Part shown: positions 47,035 to 55,561 of the stretch, piece after piece
How positions within the stretch are numbered: the first letter of the stretch is position 1
Layout of the letters: each line of letters begins with the position of its first letter
From: Candidatus Latescibacterota bacterium
Lineage (GTDB): Bacteria; Latescibacterota; UBA2968
Length of the DNA: 64,000 nucleotides
Direction of reading: 5' to 3'
NCBI GenBank assembly: GCA_965204375.1
Contig: OZ241986.1
Location: forward strand, 6,048,001 to 6,112,000
The notes under the pieces: generated by a model
The model's input: the letters and a program-made list of their open reading frames with translations, nothing else
What the model was told of the DNA's origin: nothing
The model's database searches: none
Position numbers and translations under genes: made by a program

Positions 47035-47982
47035 ATGGCGACGCATTGTTTTGCAGGCATACTCGAAAGCACGTCGGTTAATATAGGATTGACACTGGGA
47101 TCGGGGCAGGTGTTTCGATGGGGACGAGATGTCGATGGGTGGTGGAAGGGTATTGCTTATGGCGTGGTTGTGCACCTGAGACAGATGGGAGATCAGATCC
47201 AATATCGCGCGTCGTCTGAGCGGGTGGCTACATACTGCGGCGAGATGGCGATTGATGATTTTTTGAGGTGGTATTTAAGATTGGATCACATGCCCCGGAT
47301 CAGGGTACCGCGCGGGGATACCTATTTGCGAAAGGCGCGGGATTTGTTGAAGGGGTTACAATTTGTTCGCCAGGAGCCATTCGAGTGTATTATTTCTTAT
47401 GTTCTCTCGGTTCAAGCACATATGTCGTTGACCAAAAAGCGGATCGGATTTATTGCGCGAACTCTGGGCGAGAGACGGGTTTTTGAGGGCGAGACGTACT
47501 GGACATTTCCAGAACCCGATGCCCTATCTGAGTTGGACAGCGGATTTTACAGGCGTTACCGTTTTGGTTGGCGTTCGGAGCGGGTGGCTGAAACCGCGCG
47601 TTTTATCGCAGGGTCGGTGCGCGATGAGGCAGACCTGGATACCTGGCGGTGTATTTCTGATGACTTGCACGCGCTGTCCGGCAGTGGGGTTGGCATTAAG
47701 GTGGCGCGGTGTATTGATCTGTTCGCGCTGGGTCGGCTCTATGCTGTTCCGGTTGATACATGGGTGCGAAAATTTGCCCGAGAATGGTACGGTGTAACGG
47801 GTTCAGATGCGAAGATATGCCAGTGGGGCGAGGCGCGATGGGGCAAGTGGGCGGGCTATTGCAATGAGTATTTGTTCGCGTATTATCGCGAGTTGTATGG
47901 TCCCACGCTGTATGATCGAGTGCTTTCTTTTGATGCTTCTGATGCAGCTTCAGCGGTGATGCCGTTTGAAGATCAAGTGTGA
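47035..47982 (+). CDS. 8-oxoguanine DNA glycosylase (OGG1-type HhH-GPD)
   Basis: OGG N-domain 'TL.SGQVFRW', 'RQEPFEC.IS', HhH 'GVGIKVARC' (catalytic Lys), 'PVDTW' (catalytic Asp). Confidence 0.88.
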   Translation: MATHCFAGILESTSVNIGLTLGSGQVFRWGRDVDGWWKGIAYGVVVHLRQMGDQIQYRASSERVATYCGEMAIDDFLRWYLRLDHMPRIRVPRGDTYLRKARDLLKGLQFVRQEPFECIISYVLSVQAHMSLTKKRIGFIARTLGERRVFEGETYWTFPEPDALSELDSGFYRRYRFGWRSERVAETARFIAGSVRDEADLDTWRCISDDLHALSGSGVGIKVARCIDLFALGRLYAVPVDTWVRKFAREWYGVTGSDAKICQWGEARWGKWAGYCNEYLFAYYRELYGPTLYDRVLSFDASDAASAVMPFEDQV

Positions 47983-48067
47983 AGTGAGAAGTAAGAAGTG
48001 AGAAGCCACCCAACACCTCCCCAGAGCGGGTGCTTCTTCACACTTCACACTTCATCCTTCACACTTC
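47975..48067. repeat. 7-mer (GAAGTGA/TCACACT) tandem repeats in inverted orientation forming a long hairpin between convergent genes (family D)
   Basis: gtgaagtgagaagtaagaagtgagaagc...gcttcttcacacttcacacttcatccttcacacttc. Confidence 0.75.
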
Positions 48068-48068
48068 T

Positions 48069-49340
48069 TTATTCTCTCGCGTATTTGGGGTTGCCAAAGC
48101 CGTCGTTGACGATGTGAGAGCGGGCGGGGATTTCGGATTTCTCGGGAATGATGAGGTCCAGTTCGGTGCTGTTTTCGACTATTGTGCCGTCGCCCACGCG
48201 CACGTGATCTCCAAGGATGATTTTTCCCGGGTCTCGGGAACCTGAGCGCACGGTGCCGAGCACGACTGATGATGCGATTTGGCAGCCGATGCCGGTTTCG
48301 ACAAAGCCGTAGATGTCTGTGCCACTGCCAATTGTAGAGCGGTCGCCTATGATGACGGGACCGAGCAAGGTGGCATCTGTGCCTATTCTTACAAAATTGC
48401 CAATGGTGGGATGTCGTTGCCGCGCTCTTCCTGTCAGTCCGCCGAGTGTGCAGGGGTAGATGATGCATCCATAGCCTATGATGCCCGTTTGACCGGTTGT
48501 GAGGCCGCGGTGAGGGTGTTCGAGAAAGTTGGCGTCTGCAATGGTGGTTTCCGGGTGAAGGTCGGCCTGATAATAACGCCCGCCGAGTTCTGAAATGGCA
48601 CGGGGCAGGAGGGGGATGGGCGTGCAATTAAAATTTTCAACCACGCCGGTTTGGGTGAGGGCGTTGGCGATGTCGTGGTAAAACAAGACGCGCCATCCGG
48701 GATAGGCACTGGCGACGAGTTGCATCTGATATGCGAAGGCAGATTGCAGGCCCTTTTCGGCGAGAAAGGTTTCGTAGAGATCAAAGTCGCGCGCTTCAAT
48801 GGCTCTGTCAATGGTAGGTGCAAATGTGAGGGCGGCGAGGTCGCTGTCATCCAGGTTGTGTAGTTTGCGTAGATACGCATCCCATACGGCGGGGTCTTTG
48901 AGCGATGCAAATCGGTTCCAGAGTGCGCGGGTTTTGAGTTGGGTCAGTCGAGAGATGAGCGCGAAGGCTGATTGTAGTGCTATGTCTTCTATGGGACCGT
49001 TTTCACCCTGCGCGGCTTGAAGCGATTGGTAGATCATAGCGTAGAGCTGATCGGCAATTTCTTCGATGTTTTCAGTCAGGGTCGCCTGCGCGGTTTCGGA
49101 TGCATTGTGAGAACCGGGTGCGACGCATTCGAGGAGGTTGCCGAGTACGGTTTCGAGCAGGTCGCGATTGACAAAACCGCGGCCTGAGCGTTGCGAAAGG
49201 ATCGCGCGATTGATGGGGTCAATGCGAAGCGCAGCCAGTTCCTCTGCTGTGTAAATCGGGCGAATTTGATCGATTGCTTTTTCGAGGAGCGGGCGTTTGC
49301 GGTTTGCATACGCGGTGTCGAATAAGGTGGTGTTGTTCAA
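48069..49340 (-). CDS. Serine O-acetyltransferase-like hexapeptide-repeat acyltransferase with large unexplained N-terminal domain
   Basis: 'DLHP.T.I....FLEH..G...GQT..IG....Y..TLGG......RHPTIG' matches the CysE beta-helix; about 240 extra N-terminal residues; start codon TTG, uncertain. Confidence 0.7.
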   Translation of the reverse strand: MNNTTLFDTAYANRKRPLLEKAIDQIRPIYTAEELAALRIDPINRAILSQRSGRGFVNRDLLETVLGNLLECVAPGSHNASETAQATLTENIEEIADQLYAMIYQSLQAAQGENGPIEDIALQSAFALISRLTQLKTRALWNRFASLKDPAVWDAYLRKLHNLDDSDLAALTFAPTIDRAIEARDFDLYETFLAEKGLQSAFAYQMQLVASAYPGWRVLFYHDIANALTQTGVVENFNCTPIPLLPRAISELGGRYYQADLHPETTIADANFLEHPHRGLTTGQTGIIGYGCIIYPCTLGGLTGRARQRHPTIGNFVRIGTDATLLGPVIIGDRSTIGSGTDIYGFVETGIGCQIASSVVLGTVRSGSRDPGKIILGDHVRVGDGTIVENSTELDLIIPEKSEIPARSHIVNDGFGNPKYARE

Positions 49341-49354
49341 AGCTAACCTCTTGT

Positions 49355-49491
49355 GCGAATCTACGGAACGGGGTACAACTGCGCCAGCAGTTCATCTACG
49401 AAAGAGAACACCCTTCGTGTCCTTTGTGTCCTTCGTGGATAATTTTTGGGCGGTAGGGCGGGGTTCGTCTATTCGTCTATTCGTCTATTCG
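49355..49491. repeat. Composite intergenic repeat: mini-element copy 3 (49366-49393), family C, family A
   Basis: gcgaatctacg[gaacggggtacaactgcgccagcagttc]atctacgaa ... ccttcgtgtcctttgtgtccttcgtggat ... ttcgtctattcgtctattcgtctattcg. Confidence 0.75.
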
Positions 49492-49495
49492 TTTT

Positions 49496-50299
49496 TCAAC
49501 TTCCGGTGGAGCGATAATGGCGCACACCGATTTTCCATATCTGGAGTGCGACTATGAGAAAGATAATGCAAATCAGGGGCGCGACCCACTGCAAGATGAT
49601 GGGCAATCCCATAGGGTCGCCGCGTTCGAGAATTGCCAGTGATGGTAGATAATTTACACACGCAAGGGGTATGATGTAAGTAAAAAATTTGCGAAACCAG
49701 ATGCGGTAAATAGGTAAAGGGTACTGTGCGGTCTCCACACCGCCGTATGTCATGGTGTTCATGAGTTCGAGGGATTCGGTGGTCCAAAATGCAATGGTGG
49801 CTTGAATTATCATGAGGCCGATAAAGAGGCAAGCGCCTCCAAAGATGGCGGTGAAGACGAGATAGATTTTTGGTACAGACCAGGCGATGTCGAGGGTGTA
49901 GCTGGCCCATGAGAAGACGATCAGGCCCTGGATCAGGCGGCCAATGCGACGGAGGGTGAGTTCATAGCCCGCGAGTTGCAGGGCTGTGCTGCGGGGGCGA
50001 AGGAGGAGGCGGTCGAAGTCGCCGCTTTTGACCATGGTGCCGAACATGTCGAAGCCGCGTGAGGCAGCGTCGGCAAAAGCGAAGGAGATGTTGATGAGAC
50101 CGTAGAGAAAGGCCACTTCGGGGAGTGTCCAGCCCTGGATGTGTTTGAATCGCGCGAAGAGGGAGGCGATGGCGAGAAATTCGATGCCGGTGATGAGGAG
50201 TTGCCCAAATGAGAGCATGATAAATGATGCGCGATATTGCATTTGGCTGCGGATAGATTGACCGAGATAGTGCATGTAGAGGCGAAGGGCATTGGTCAT
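49496..50299 (-). CDS. ABC-2 type (DUF990-like) permease
   Basis: 'MQYRA.F', 'GW...EV.FLYG', 'GDFD.LL.RP', 'YP..IY', C-terminal 'Y.STGS'. Confidence 0.87.
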   Translation of the reverse strand: MTNALRLYMHYLGQSIRSQMQYRASFIMLSFGQLLITGIEFLAIASLFARFKHIQGWTLPEVAFLYGLINISFAFADAASRGFDMFGTMVKSGDFDRLLLRPRSTALQLAGYELTLRRIGRLIQGLIVFSWASYTLDIAWSVPKIYLVFTAIFGGACLFIGLMIIQATIAFWTTESLELMNTMTYGGVETAQYPLPIYRIWFRKFFTYIIPLACVNYLPSLAILERGDPMGLPIILQWVAPLICIIFLIVALQIWKIGVRHYRSTGS

Positions 50300-50303
50300 T
50301 GCA

Positions 50304-51134
50304 TTATCCTCCTTGCGCGACGAGGCGGCGAATACCGCGGGTGAGGATGAGGTGCCCAATAGTGATCAGCGCAATCACATAGGCGATTTGAAACGGCAGG
50401 TGATACCAGATTTCTTCTGGCGGGATGTGGCTCAGGTAGAAGCGGAAGGGGATGTCCAGGATGTATCGAAAAGGGAGGATGTTGAGGGTTGCCTGTGCCC
50501 AGTCGGGAAAAAAGAGCAAGGGGAGTATGATGCCGCTGAAGAGCCAGGTCAAACTGCTCAGAAGCAGGCCCAGACCTTCGCCAGATATGGTCCACAAGAG
50601 GGAAATGGTCATGAGATTGGTAATGGCTGCGCTGATGAGGACGGCAAAGAGCATCGATACGAGCCAGGCACATGTAGCCGGGATATTGGGGGGCATTTGC
50701 ATGTTAAAGAAAAGACCGGCCATGATAAACATGGGGAGGGCGCGGAAGACGCCGGGCGCTGTGCGCTGCGCTATGGCGCGGCTGTACCAGAAGAAATACA
50801 GGTTGGTCGGGCGCACGAGTTCATAGACGACGTTGCCCGAACGCACCATTGCGCGTATGTCGGGGTCGGCACCCTGATAGGGGATGAGAACGAGAAATGC
50901 CTGGCCGAGCCATATATAGGTGATGACTTCATCGGCGGTCATGGGTTGGGGTGCCGTTGTCGATCTGTAAAAGGCTTCAAAAATCATGACGCGGATAAGG
51001 CCCCAGAAAAACTGGGTACCGAATCCCGCGAAGGCCGCAGCGCGGTATTGCAAGAGGGTGCGAAATCTGGCGGAGAGGACAGCTATGTAGGATTTGATAG
51101 CCAGCGATGATGTGCGGTTAGCGATTTTCGGCAT
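50304..51134 (-). CDS. ABC-2 type (DUF990-like) permease
   Basis: 'QYRAA', 'TYIWL.QA', 'G...YEL.RP', 'FSG..LPL.FFP', C-terminal 'QGG'; start uncertain. Confidence 0.85.
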   Translation of the reverse strand: MPKIANRTSSLAIKSYIAVLSARFRTLLQYRAAAFAGFGTQFFWGLIRVMIFEAFYRSTTAPQPMTADEVITYIWLGQAFLVLIPYQGADPDIRAMVRSGNVVYELVRPTNLYFFWYSRAIAQRTAPGVFRALPMFIMAGLFFNMQMPPNIPATCAWLVSMLFAVLISAAITNLMTISLLWTISGEGLGLLLSSLTWLFSGIILPLLFFPDWAQATLNILPFRYILDIPFRFYLSHIPPEEIWYHLPFQIAYVIALITIGHLILTRGIRRLVAQGG

Positions 51135-52095
51135 AGAGACGCGAGATGATTTCTTCGATGGGGGTGTTTTCGACAAAGAGGTCGCGCACGGGGTGCTGCG
51201 CCGTGATGCGGGCGATCAGGTCTGCCGTGGCAACGCGGTCGGGGTCAAATGTGAGGTGTACGCGGTGTCCGTCGCGCAATACGACAGATGCGTCGGGGTC
51301 GGTGATGTCTTCTGTGCCTTCGAGATCGACGATGAGGCGGCGCTCTGTTGTGACGCGAGCGCGAAGGTTTTCGAGTGGGCCGTCGGATAGTATCTGGCCC
51401 TGTCCTATGACCATTATCCGCGTGCAGAGGGCTTCGATGTCGTCCAGGTCGTGAGTGGTGAGAACGACGGTGACATCGCGCTCCTGGTTGAGGCGTTTGA
51501 TGAAGTCGCGCACGGCGAGTTTAGAGACGACGTCGAGGCCAATAGTCGGTTCGTCTAAGAAGAGGATTGATGGACGGTGTATGAGGGCAGCGGCGAGGTC
51601 ACAGCGCATGCGCTGGCCCAGGCTGAGCTGGCGCACGGGTATGTCGAGTAGTGATTCGAGGTTGAGAATGGCGATCATTTCATCGCGGGTTTGCGCGTAT
51701 TGTTGATGGTTGACGCGATAGATGTCGCGGAGCAGGTCGAAAGATTCGATGACGGGCAGATCCCACCACAACTGCGTGCGTTGTCCAAATACTACGCCGA
51801 TGTGTGCGACGTGGGCGATGCGTTCTTTCCAGGGGATGCGGCCGAGGATTTCACAGCGGCCAGAATCGGGTACGAGGATGCCGGACAAGACTTTGACGGT
51901 GGTGGATTTGCCCGCGCCATTGGGACCGATATAACCGATGAGTTCACCGGGTTCAATTGTGAAGGAGATGCCGGCGAGAGCAGTTATCTGTCGGTAGTTG
52001 CGGTGCACGACGCCGCGTAGCGCACCCCACACACCGGGCTGGCGTTGGGCGATTTGGAAGGTTTTGACGAGGTTTTCGACAATGATGTGGGGCAT
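51118..52095 (-). CDS. ABC transporter ATP-binding protein
   Basis: 'GPNGAGKST', 'VFGQRTQLWWDLP', 'LSLGQRM', 'FLDEPTIGLD'. Confidence 0.93.
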   Translation of the reverse strand: MPHIIVENLVKTFQIAQRQPGVWGALRGVVHRNYRQITALAGISFTIEPGELIGYIGPNGAGKSTTVKVLSGILVPDSGRCEILGRIPWKERIAHVAHIGVVFGQRTQLWWDLPVIESFDLLRDIYRVNHQQYAQTRDEMIAILNLESLLDIPVRQLSLGQRMRCDLAAALIHRPSILFLDEPTIGLDVVSKLAVRDFIKRLNQERDVTVVLTTHDLDDIEALCTRIMVIGQGQILSDGPLENLRARVTTERRLIVDLEGTEDITDPDASVVLRDGHRVHLTFDPDRVATADLIARITAQHPVRDLFVENTPIEEIISRLYAENR

Positions 52096-52211
52096 GTGAG
52101 ATTTTAAGTTACAGGTGGAATTCTACGTCCTTTATTAGACAGGTATCGCGGCGAGTGTGTTTTGGTTTAGGGAATTTTTTTTTGCTGGACGAATTTGGCC
52201 ATGAAAAATAG

Positions 52212-52243
52212 AGTGCCCGATTCTGTTTGAGAGAATCGGGCAC
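52212..52243. terminator. Hairpin ending the suf operon
   Basis: GTGCCCGATTCT-gtttgag-AGAATCGGGCAC, 12-bp perfect stem. Confidence 0.6.
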
Positions 52244-52272
52244 GCGCTTTTTTAAAGGTGAAATATAGAGTC

Positions 52273-52857
52273 TTATTGCGTGGTCTGGTAATACGGGTTG
52301 GTGCCTTCGGCGTGGTCTGTGATATCGCGGATATTTGCGATTTCGGGAACGGCTTCTTTGATCATGACTTCCACGCCCTGTTTGAGAGTGACATCGACCA
52401 TCCCACAGCCCTGGCATCCGCCGCCAAATTGGAGAAAGGCCGTGTCTTCTTTTACATTGACCAGTGATACGTGACCGCCGTGTGCGGCAATGCCCGGGTT
52501 GATTTTTTCGTCGATTACCATTTGGATTTTTTCGGCCACGCTGCCTTTGAGGTGTGGAGGAACTTTGTGCGGGTTGTCAATTTTGAAGCCGCGTCCCATC
52601 AGGCCATCGACAAAATCGAGCGTGATGTCCTGGGTATAAGGCACGCTGTTTTCGTCAATGTAAATTTTGAAGCCGTCGTATGGTATCGCGGTGTCGTGGT
52701 CGGTGTCCTGTCCCTCAGCCACAAAAGCGAGGCGGTAATTGGCCTGCAGGGGCGATGTTGCTTCGGCGGTGATGCGCACGCCTGTAATCACCTGTTCTTG
52801 CTCGTTTATCAAGCGGGTGATTTCTGTTTGTGCAACGTCTGTGACGGTGATGTCCAT
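52273..52857 (-). CDS. nfuA: Fe-S biogenesis protein NfuA (degenerate A-type domain plus NifU C-domain)
   Basis: 'INP.IAAHGG', 'GGGCQGCG...TLKQGVE', 'D.TDH..G.NPYY'. Confidence 0.88.
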   Translation of the reverse strand: MDITVTDVAQTEITRLINEQEQVITGVRITAEATSPLQANYRLAFVAEGQDTDHDTAIPYDGFKIYIDENSVPYTQDITLDFVDGLMGRGFKIDNPHKVPPHLKGSVAEKIQMVIDEKINPGIAAHGGHVSLVNVKEDTAFLQFGGGCQGCGMVDVTLKQGVEVMIKEAVPEIANIRDITDHAEGTNPYYQTTQ

Positions 52858-52876
52858 GGAGTTTCTCCTGTGTCGA

Positions 52877-53359
52877 TTACGGCATTGTGACTTGTAAGAG
52901 TTCGTCTGCTTTGTGCGCGAGATGATTTTCGAGCTGGTGTCCATCTCCCATCAGGTCTTGCAATGTAATGCGGTCGAGCATCTGGTCAACCACAAATTGG
53001 ATGGCGTTCCAGAGGGAGCGAATTGAGCAATCGACAGAATGTGTGCAGCATTCTTCATAGCCGGTGTGTTCGTCGCAAAAGCCTTCGTTGAAGAACGGGT
53101 CGCCGAGGGCACCGAGTACATCGGAGATCAGGATTTCACTTGCGGGACGAGCCAATTTATACCCGCCGGCTTGACCTCGCACGCTTTCGACGAGGTCGCC
53201 CAGGCGCAAGAGGCGGACGAGTTTGCCGACATGGGCGGTGGATAATCCTTCGGCGCGGCTGATTTCGGGAATCGAAATGCTACCGCCCGTTTCAGATGCG
53301 CGCTGTGCTACCTGCATGAGACAGCGAAGGCCGTATTCTTCTTGTGTGCTCAATTTCAT
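52877..53359 (-). CDS. Rrf2-family (IscR/SufR-like) regulator
   Basis: 'EYGLRC', 'S.RG..GGY.LARP', Cys cluster 'FC......CC....CSIR..W'. Confidence 0.9.
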   Translation of the reverse strand: MKLSTQEEYGLRCLMQVAQRASETGGSISIPEISRAEGLSTAHVGKLVRLLRLGDLVESVRGQAGGYKLARPASEILISDVLGALGDPFFNEGFCDEHTGYEECCTHSVDCSIRSLWNAIQFVVDQMLDRITLQDLMGDGHQLENHLAHKADELLQVTMP

Positions 53360-53387
53360 AAAAGAACCTTTTCAGTGAGAGGCACTG

Positions 53388-53825
53388 TCAAAACATGCCC
53401 AATTCGAGTTTGGCCGCTTCTGACATGCGTTCTGGCGTCCAGGGAGGGTCGAATACGAGGTCGAGTTTGACATCGTAAACGCCTTCGGCAGATCGGGCTG
53501 CGGATTCGACCTGTCCGGGCAAAATACCCGCGGCGGGACAGTTGGGGGCTGTGAGTGTCATTTGTACGTAGGTATTGCCATCTTCTTCTACTTTGATCTC
53601 GTAGATGAGGCCCAGTTCGTAAATGTCAACAGGGATTTCTGGATCATATACTGTTTTGAGTGCTTTTACGATTTCTTCTTTTACGGCTTCGGTGTCGATG
53701 GGGCCTTCTGGCGAGGGTTTTTCGGGCGGTGATTCTGGCGCTTCAATATTGTGCATTTCTTCAGTATGGTCAGAATCATCGCTGGATTCAGATGTGTCTT
53801 TGCGGAAGATGTTCAGGAGGCTCAT
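53388..53825 (-). CDS. SUF system DUF59 (SufT-like) protein
   Basis: 'VYDPEIPVDIYELGLIY', 'MTLTAPNCP', 'PPW...MSEAAKLELG'. Confidence 0.9.
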   Translation of the reverse strand: MSLLNIFRKDTSESSDDSDHTEEMHNIEAPESPPEKPSPEGPIDTEAVKEEIVKALKTVYDPEIPVDIYELGLIYEIKVEEDGNTYVQMTLTAPNCPAAGILPGQVESAARSAEGVYDVKLDLVFDPPWTPERMSEAAKLELGMF

Positions 53826-53828
53826 GTG

Positions 53829-54281
53829 TTATCTCTCTGTTGTTATGGGCGTTTGGACATTGTCTATGGCTGCCCGAAGCGCATGCCACGATAGAGTCGC
53901 GCATTTGATACGGGTGGGATAGTCGCGCACGCCGGCAAAAACGAATAGTTTGCCCATCTGATCGAGGCCGAGATTGCTGGATGGGTCGGTGAGCATCGCT
54001 TGAAAGTCTTTGAAATAGGTTTCTGTTTCGTCGAGGGTTTTGCCTTTGATGATTTCGGTCATTAAGGAAGCCGATGCTTTGGAAATGGCGCATCCCGAAC
54101 CCTGGAAGCCGATGTCTTTTATGCGGTCGCCCTCGAGTTGGAGATAGATCTGCACTTGATCGCCGCAAAGGGGATTGTAGCCTTCGGCAAAGCGGTCTGC
54201 TGGATCGAGCACGCAAAAATTTCTGGGGTTTTTGTTGTGATCCAGAATGAGTTGCTGGTAGAGTTCGCGTAAATCTGACAT
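53829..54281 (-). CDS. sufU: SUF system NifU-family scaffold/sulfur carrier
   Basis: 'LYQ..ILDH.K.PRN', 'NPLCGD', 'GCAISKASAS', 'RIKCA.L.W'. Confidence 0.92.
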   Translation of the reverse strand: MSDLRELYQQLILDHNKNPRNFCVLDPADRFAEGYNPLCGDQVQIYLQLEGDRIKDIGFQGSGCAISKASASLMTEIIKGKTLDETETYFKDFQAMLTDPSSNLGLDQMGKLFVFAGVRDYPTRIKCATLSWHALRAAIDNVQTPITTER

Positions 54282-55561
54282 CAGCCAAAAATCTTTCGCA
54301 CGGTGTAAAGACCAGAGACCAGCGCGTCAATGTCTTCACGCGTGTTGTAAAATGCCAGGGAAGCGCGCGTTGCTGCGGATATGTCGTAGTGTTTCATAAT
54401 GGGTTGCGCGCAGTGGTGCCCGGCGCGAACGGCGACACCGGCCTGGTCGAGAATGGTGCCCACATCGTGGGGGTGAATATCGGAGAGGGTAAATGAGAGC
54501 ACGCCTACTTTGCGCTCGGCTGTGCCGATCAGGTTGAGGTCTGGCACGTCGCGCAGTGCGTCGTGTGCGTATTCCAGCAGATTGGTTTCGTATTTTGCCG
54601 CGCCGTCAAAGTCGATGCTGTTGAGGTAATCAATGGCGGCACCCAGGCCAATACTGCCCGCGATATTGGGCGTTCCCGCTTCAAATTTGTTGGGCAAATT
54701 TCCGTACGTAATATTGTCAAAGTCAACGTTCTGGATCATGCTGCCCCCACCCTGATAGGGCGGCATGGTATCGAGATATGTTTCGCAGCCGTACAGGACG
54801 CCAATGCCTGTGGGTGCAAACATTTTGTGTCCCGAAAAGGTGTAGAACTCGCAGCCGAGGGCGCGTACATCCACGCGCTGATGGGGTACGGCCTGTGCGC
54901 CGTCGATATGTACGGGTACGCCGTGTGCGTGCGCGATTTGCACGATTTCCCGCACGGGATTGACTGTGCCGAGCACATTGGAGATGTGTACGATGGAGAC
55001 GAGTTTTGTGCGCGGGGAGAGAAGGGTTTGATATGTGTCCATGCAGAGTTCGCCCCGGTCGTTCATGGGGATGATGCGTAGTTTGGCTCCCTTTTCCCGA
55101 CAGAGCATCCACCAGGGGACGATGTTGGAATGGTGCTCCATTTCGGTGATGATGATTTCATCACCTTCGCGGATTTGCTCGCGTCCAAAGGTTTGTGCAA
55201 TGAGATTGATGCCTTCGGTGGTTCCGCGTACAAAGATGATTTCTCTGTCTGAGGCCGCGTTGATAAAGGTCGCCACCTTTCTTCTGGCGGCTTCGTAAGC
55301 ATCGGTCGCTATTTGCGAGAGGTGGTGTACGCCTCTGTGTACATTGGCATTCTGGTCGGTGTAATAATGCGAGAGGGCATCGATGACCGCACGGGGTTTT
55401 TGCGCTGTGGCGCCATTGTCGAGGTACACGAGCGGTTTACCCTGGACTTGTTGGCCCAAAATGGGGAAGTCCGCGCGAATGCGGCGCACGTCAAAGGGCT
55501 GTGCCGGACGCGCGGCTGGCTCGGGCGGTTGGAGTGTTAAGATGTCCAGAGGCGAATTCAT
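54281..55561 (-). CDS. sufS: Cysteine desulfurase
   Basis: 'YLDNGATAQKP', 'EHHSNIVPW', 'SGHKM', 'RAGHHCAQP'. Confidence 0.95.
   Translation of the reverse strand: MNSPLDILTLQPPEPAARPAQPFDVRRIRADFPILGQQVQGKPLVYLDNGATAQKPRAVIDALSHYYTDQNANVHRGVHHLSQIATDAYEAARRKVATFINAASDREIIFVRGTTEGINLIAQTFGREQIREGDEIIITEMEHHSNIVPWWMLCREKGAKLRIIPMNDRGELCMDTYQTLLSPRTKLVSIVHISNVLGTVNPVREIVQIAHAHGVPVHIDGAQAVPHQRVDVRALGCEFYTFSGHKMFAPTGIGVLYGCETYLDTMPPYQGGGSMIQNVDFDNITYGNLPNKFEAGTPNIAGSIGLGAAIDYLNSIDFDGAAKYETNLLEYAHDALRDVPDLNLIGTAERKVGVLSFTLSDIHPHDVGTILDQAGVAVRAGHHCAQPIMKHYDISAATRASLAFYNTREDIDALVSGLYTVRKIFG

Noticed and set aside
11221-49491. CRISPR array or integron attC interpretation of the 36-nt element and short repeats
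   Set aside because: Copies are kilobases apart with no repeat-spacer periodicity, no cas or intI gene is present, and there are no RYYYAAC/GTTRRRY ends.
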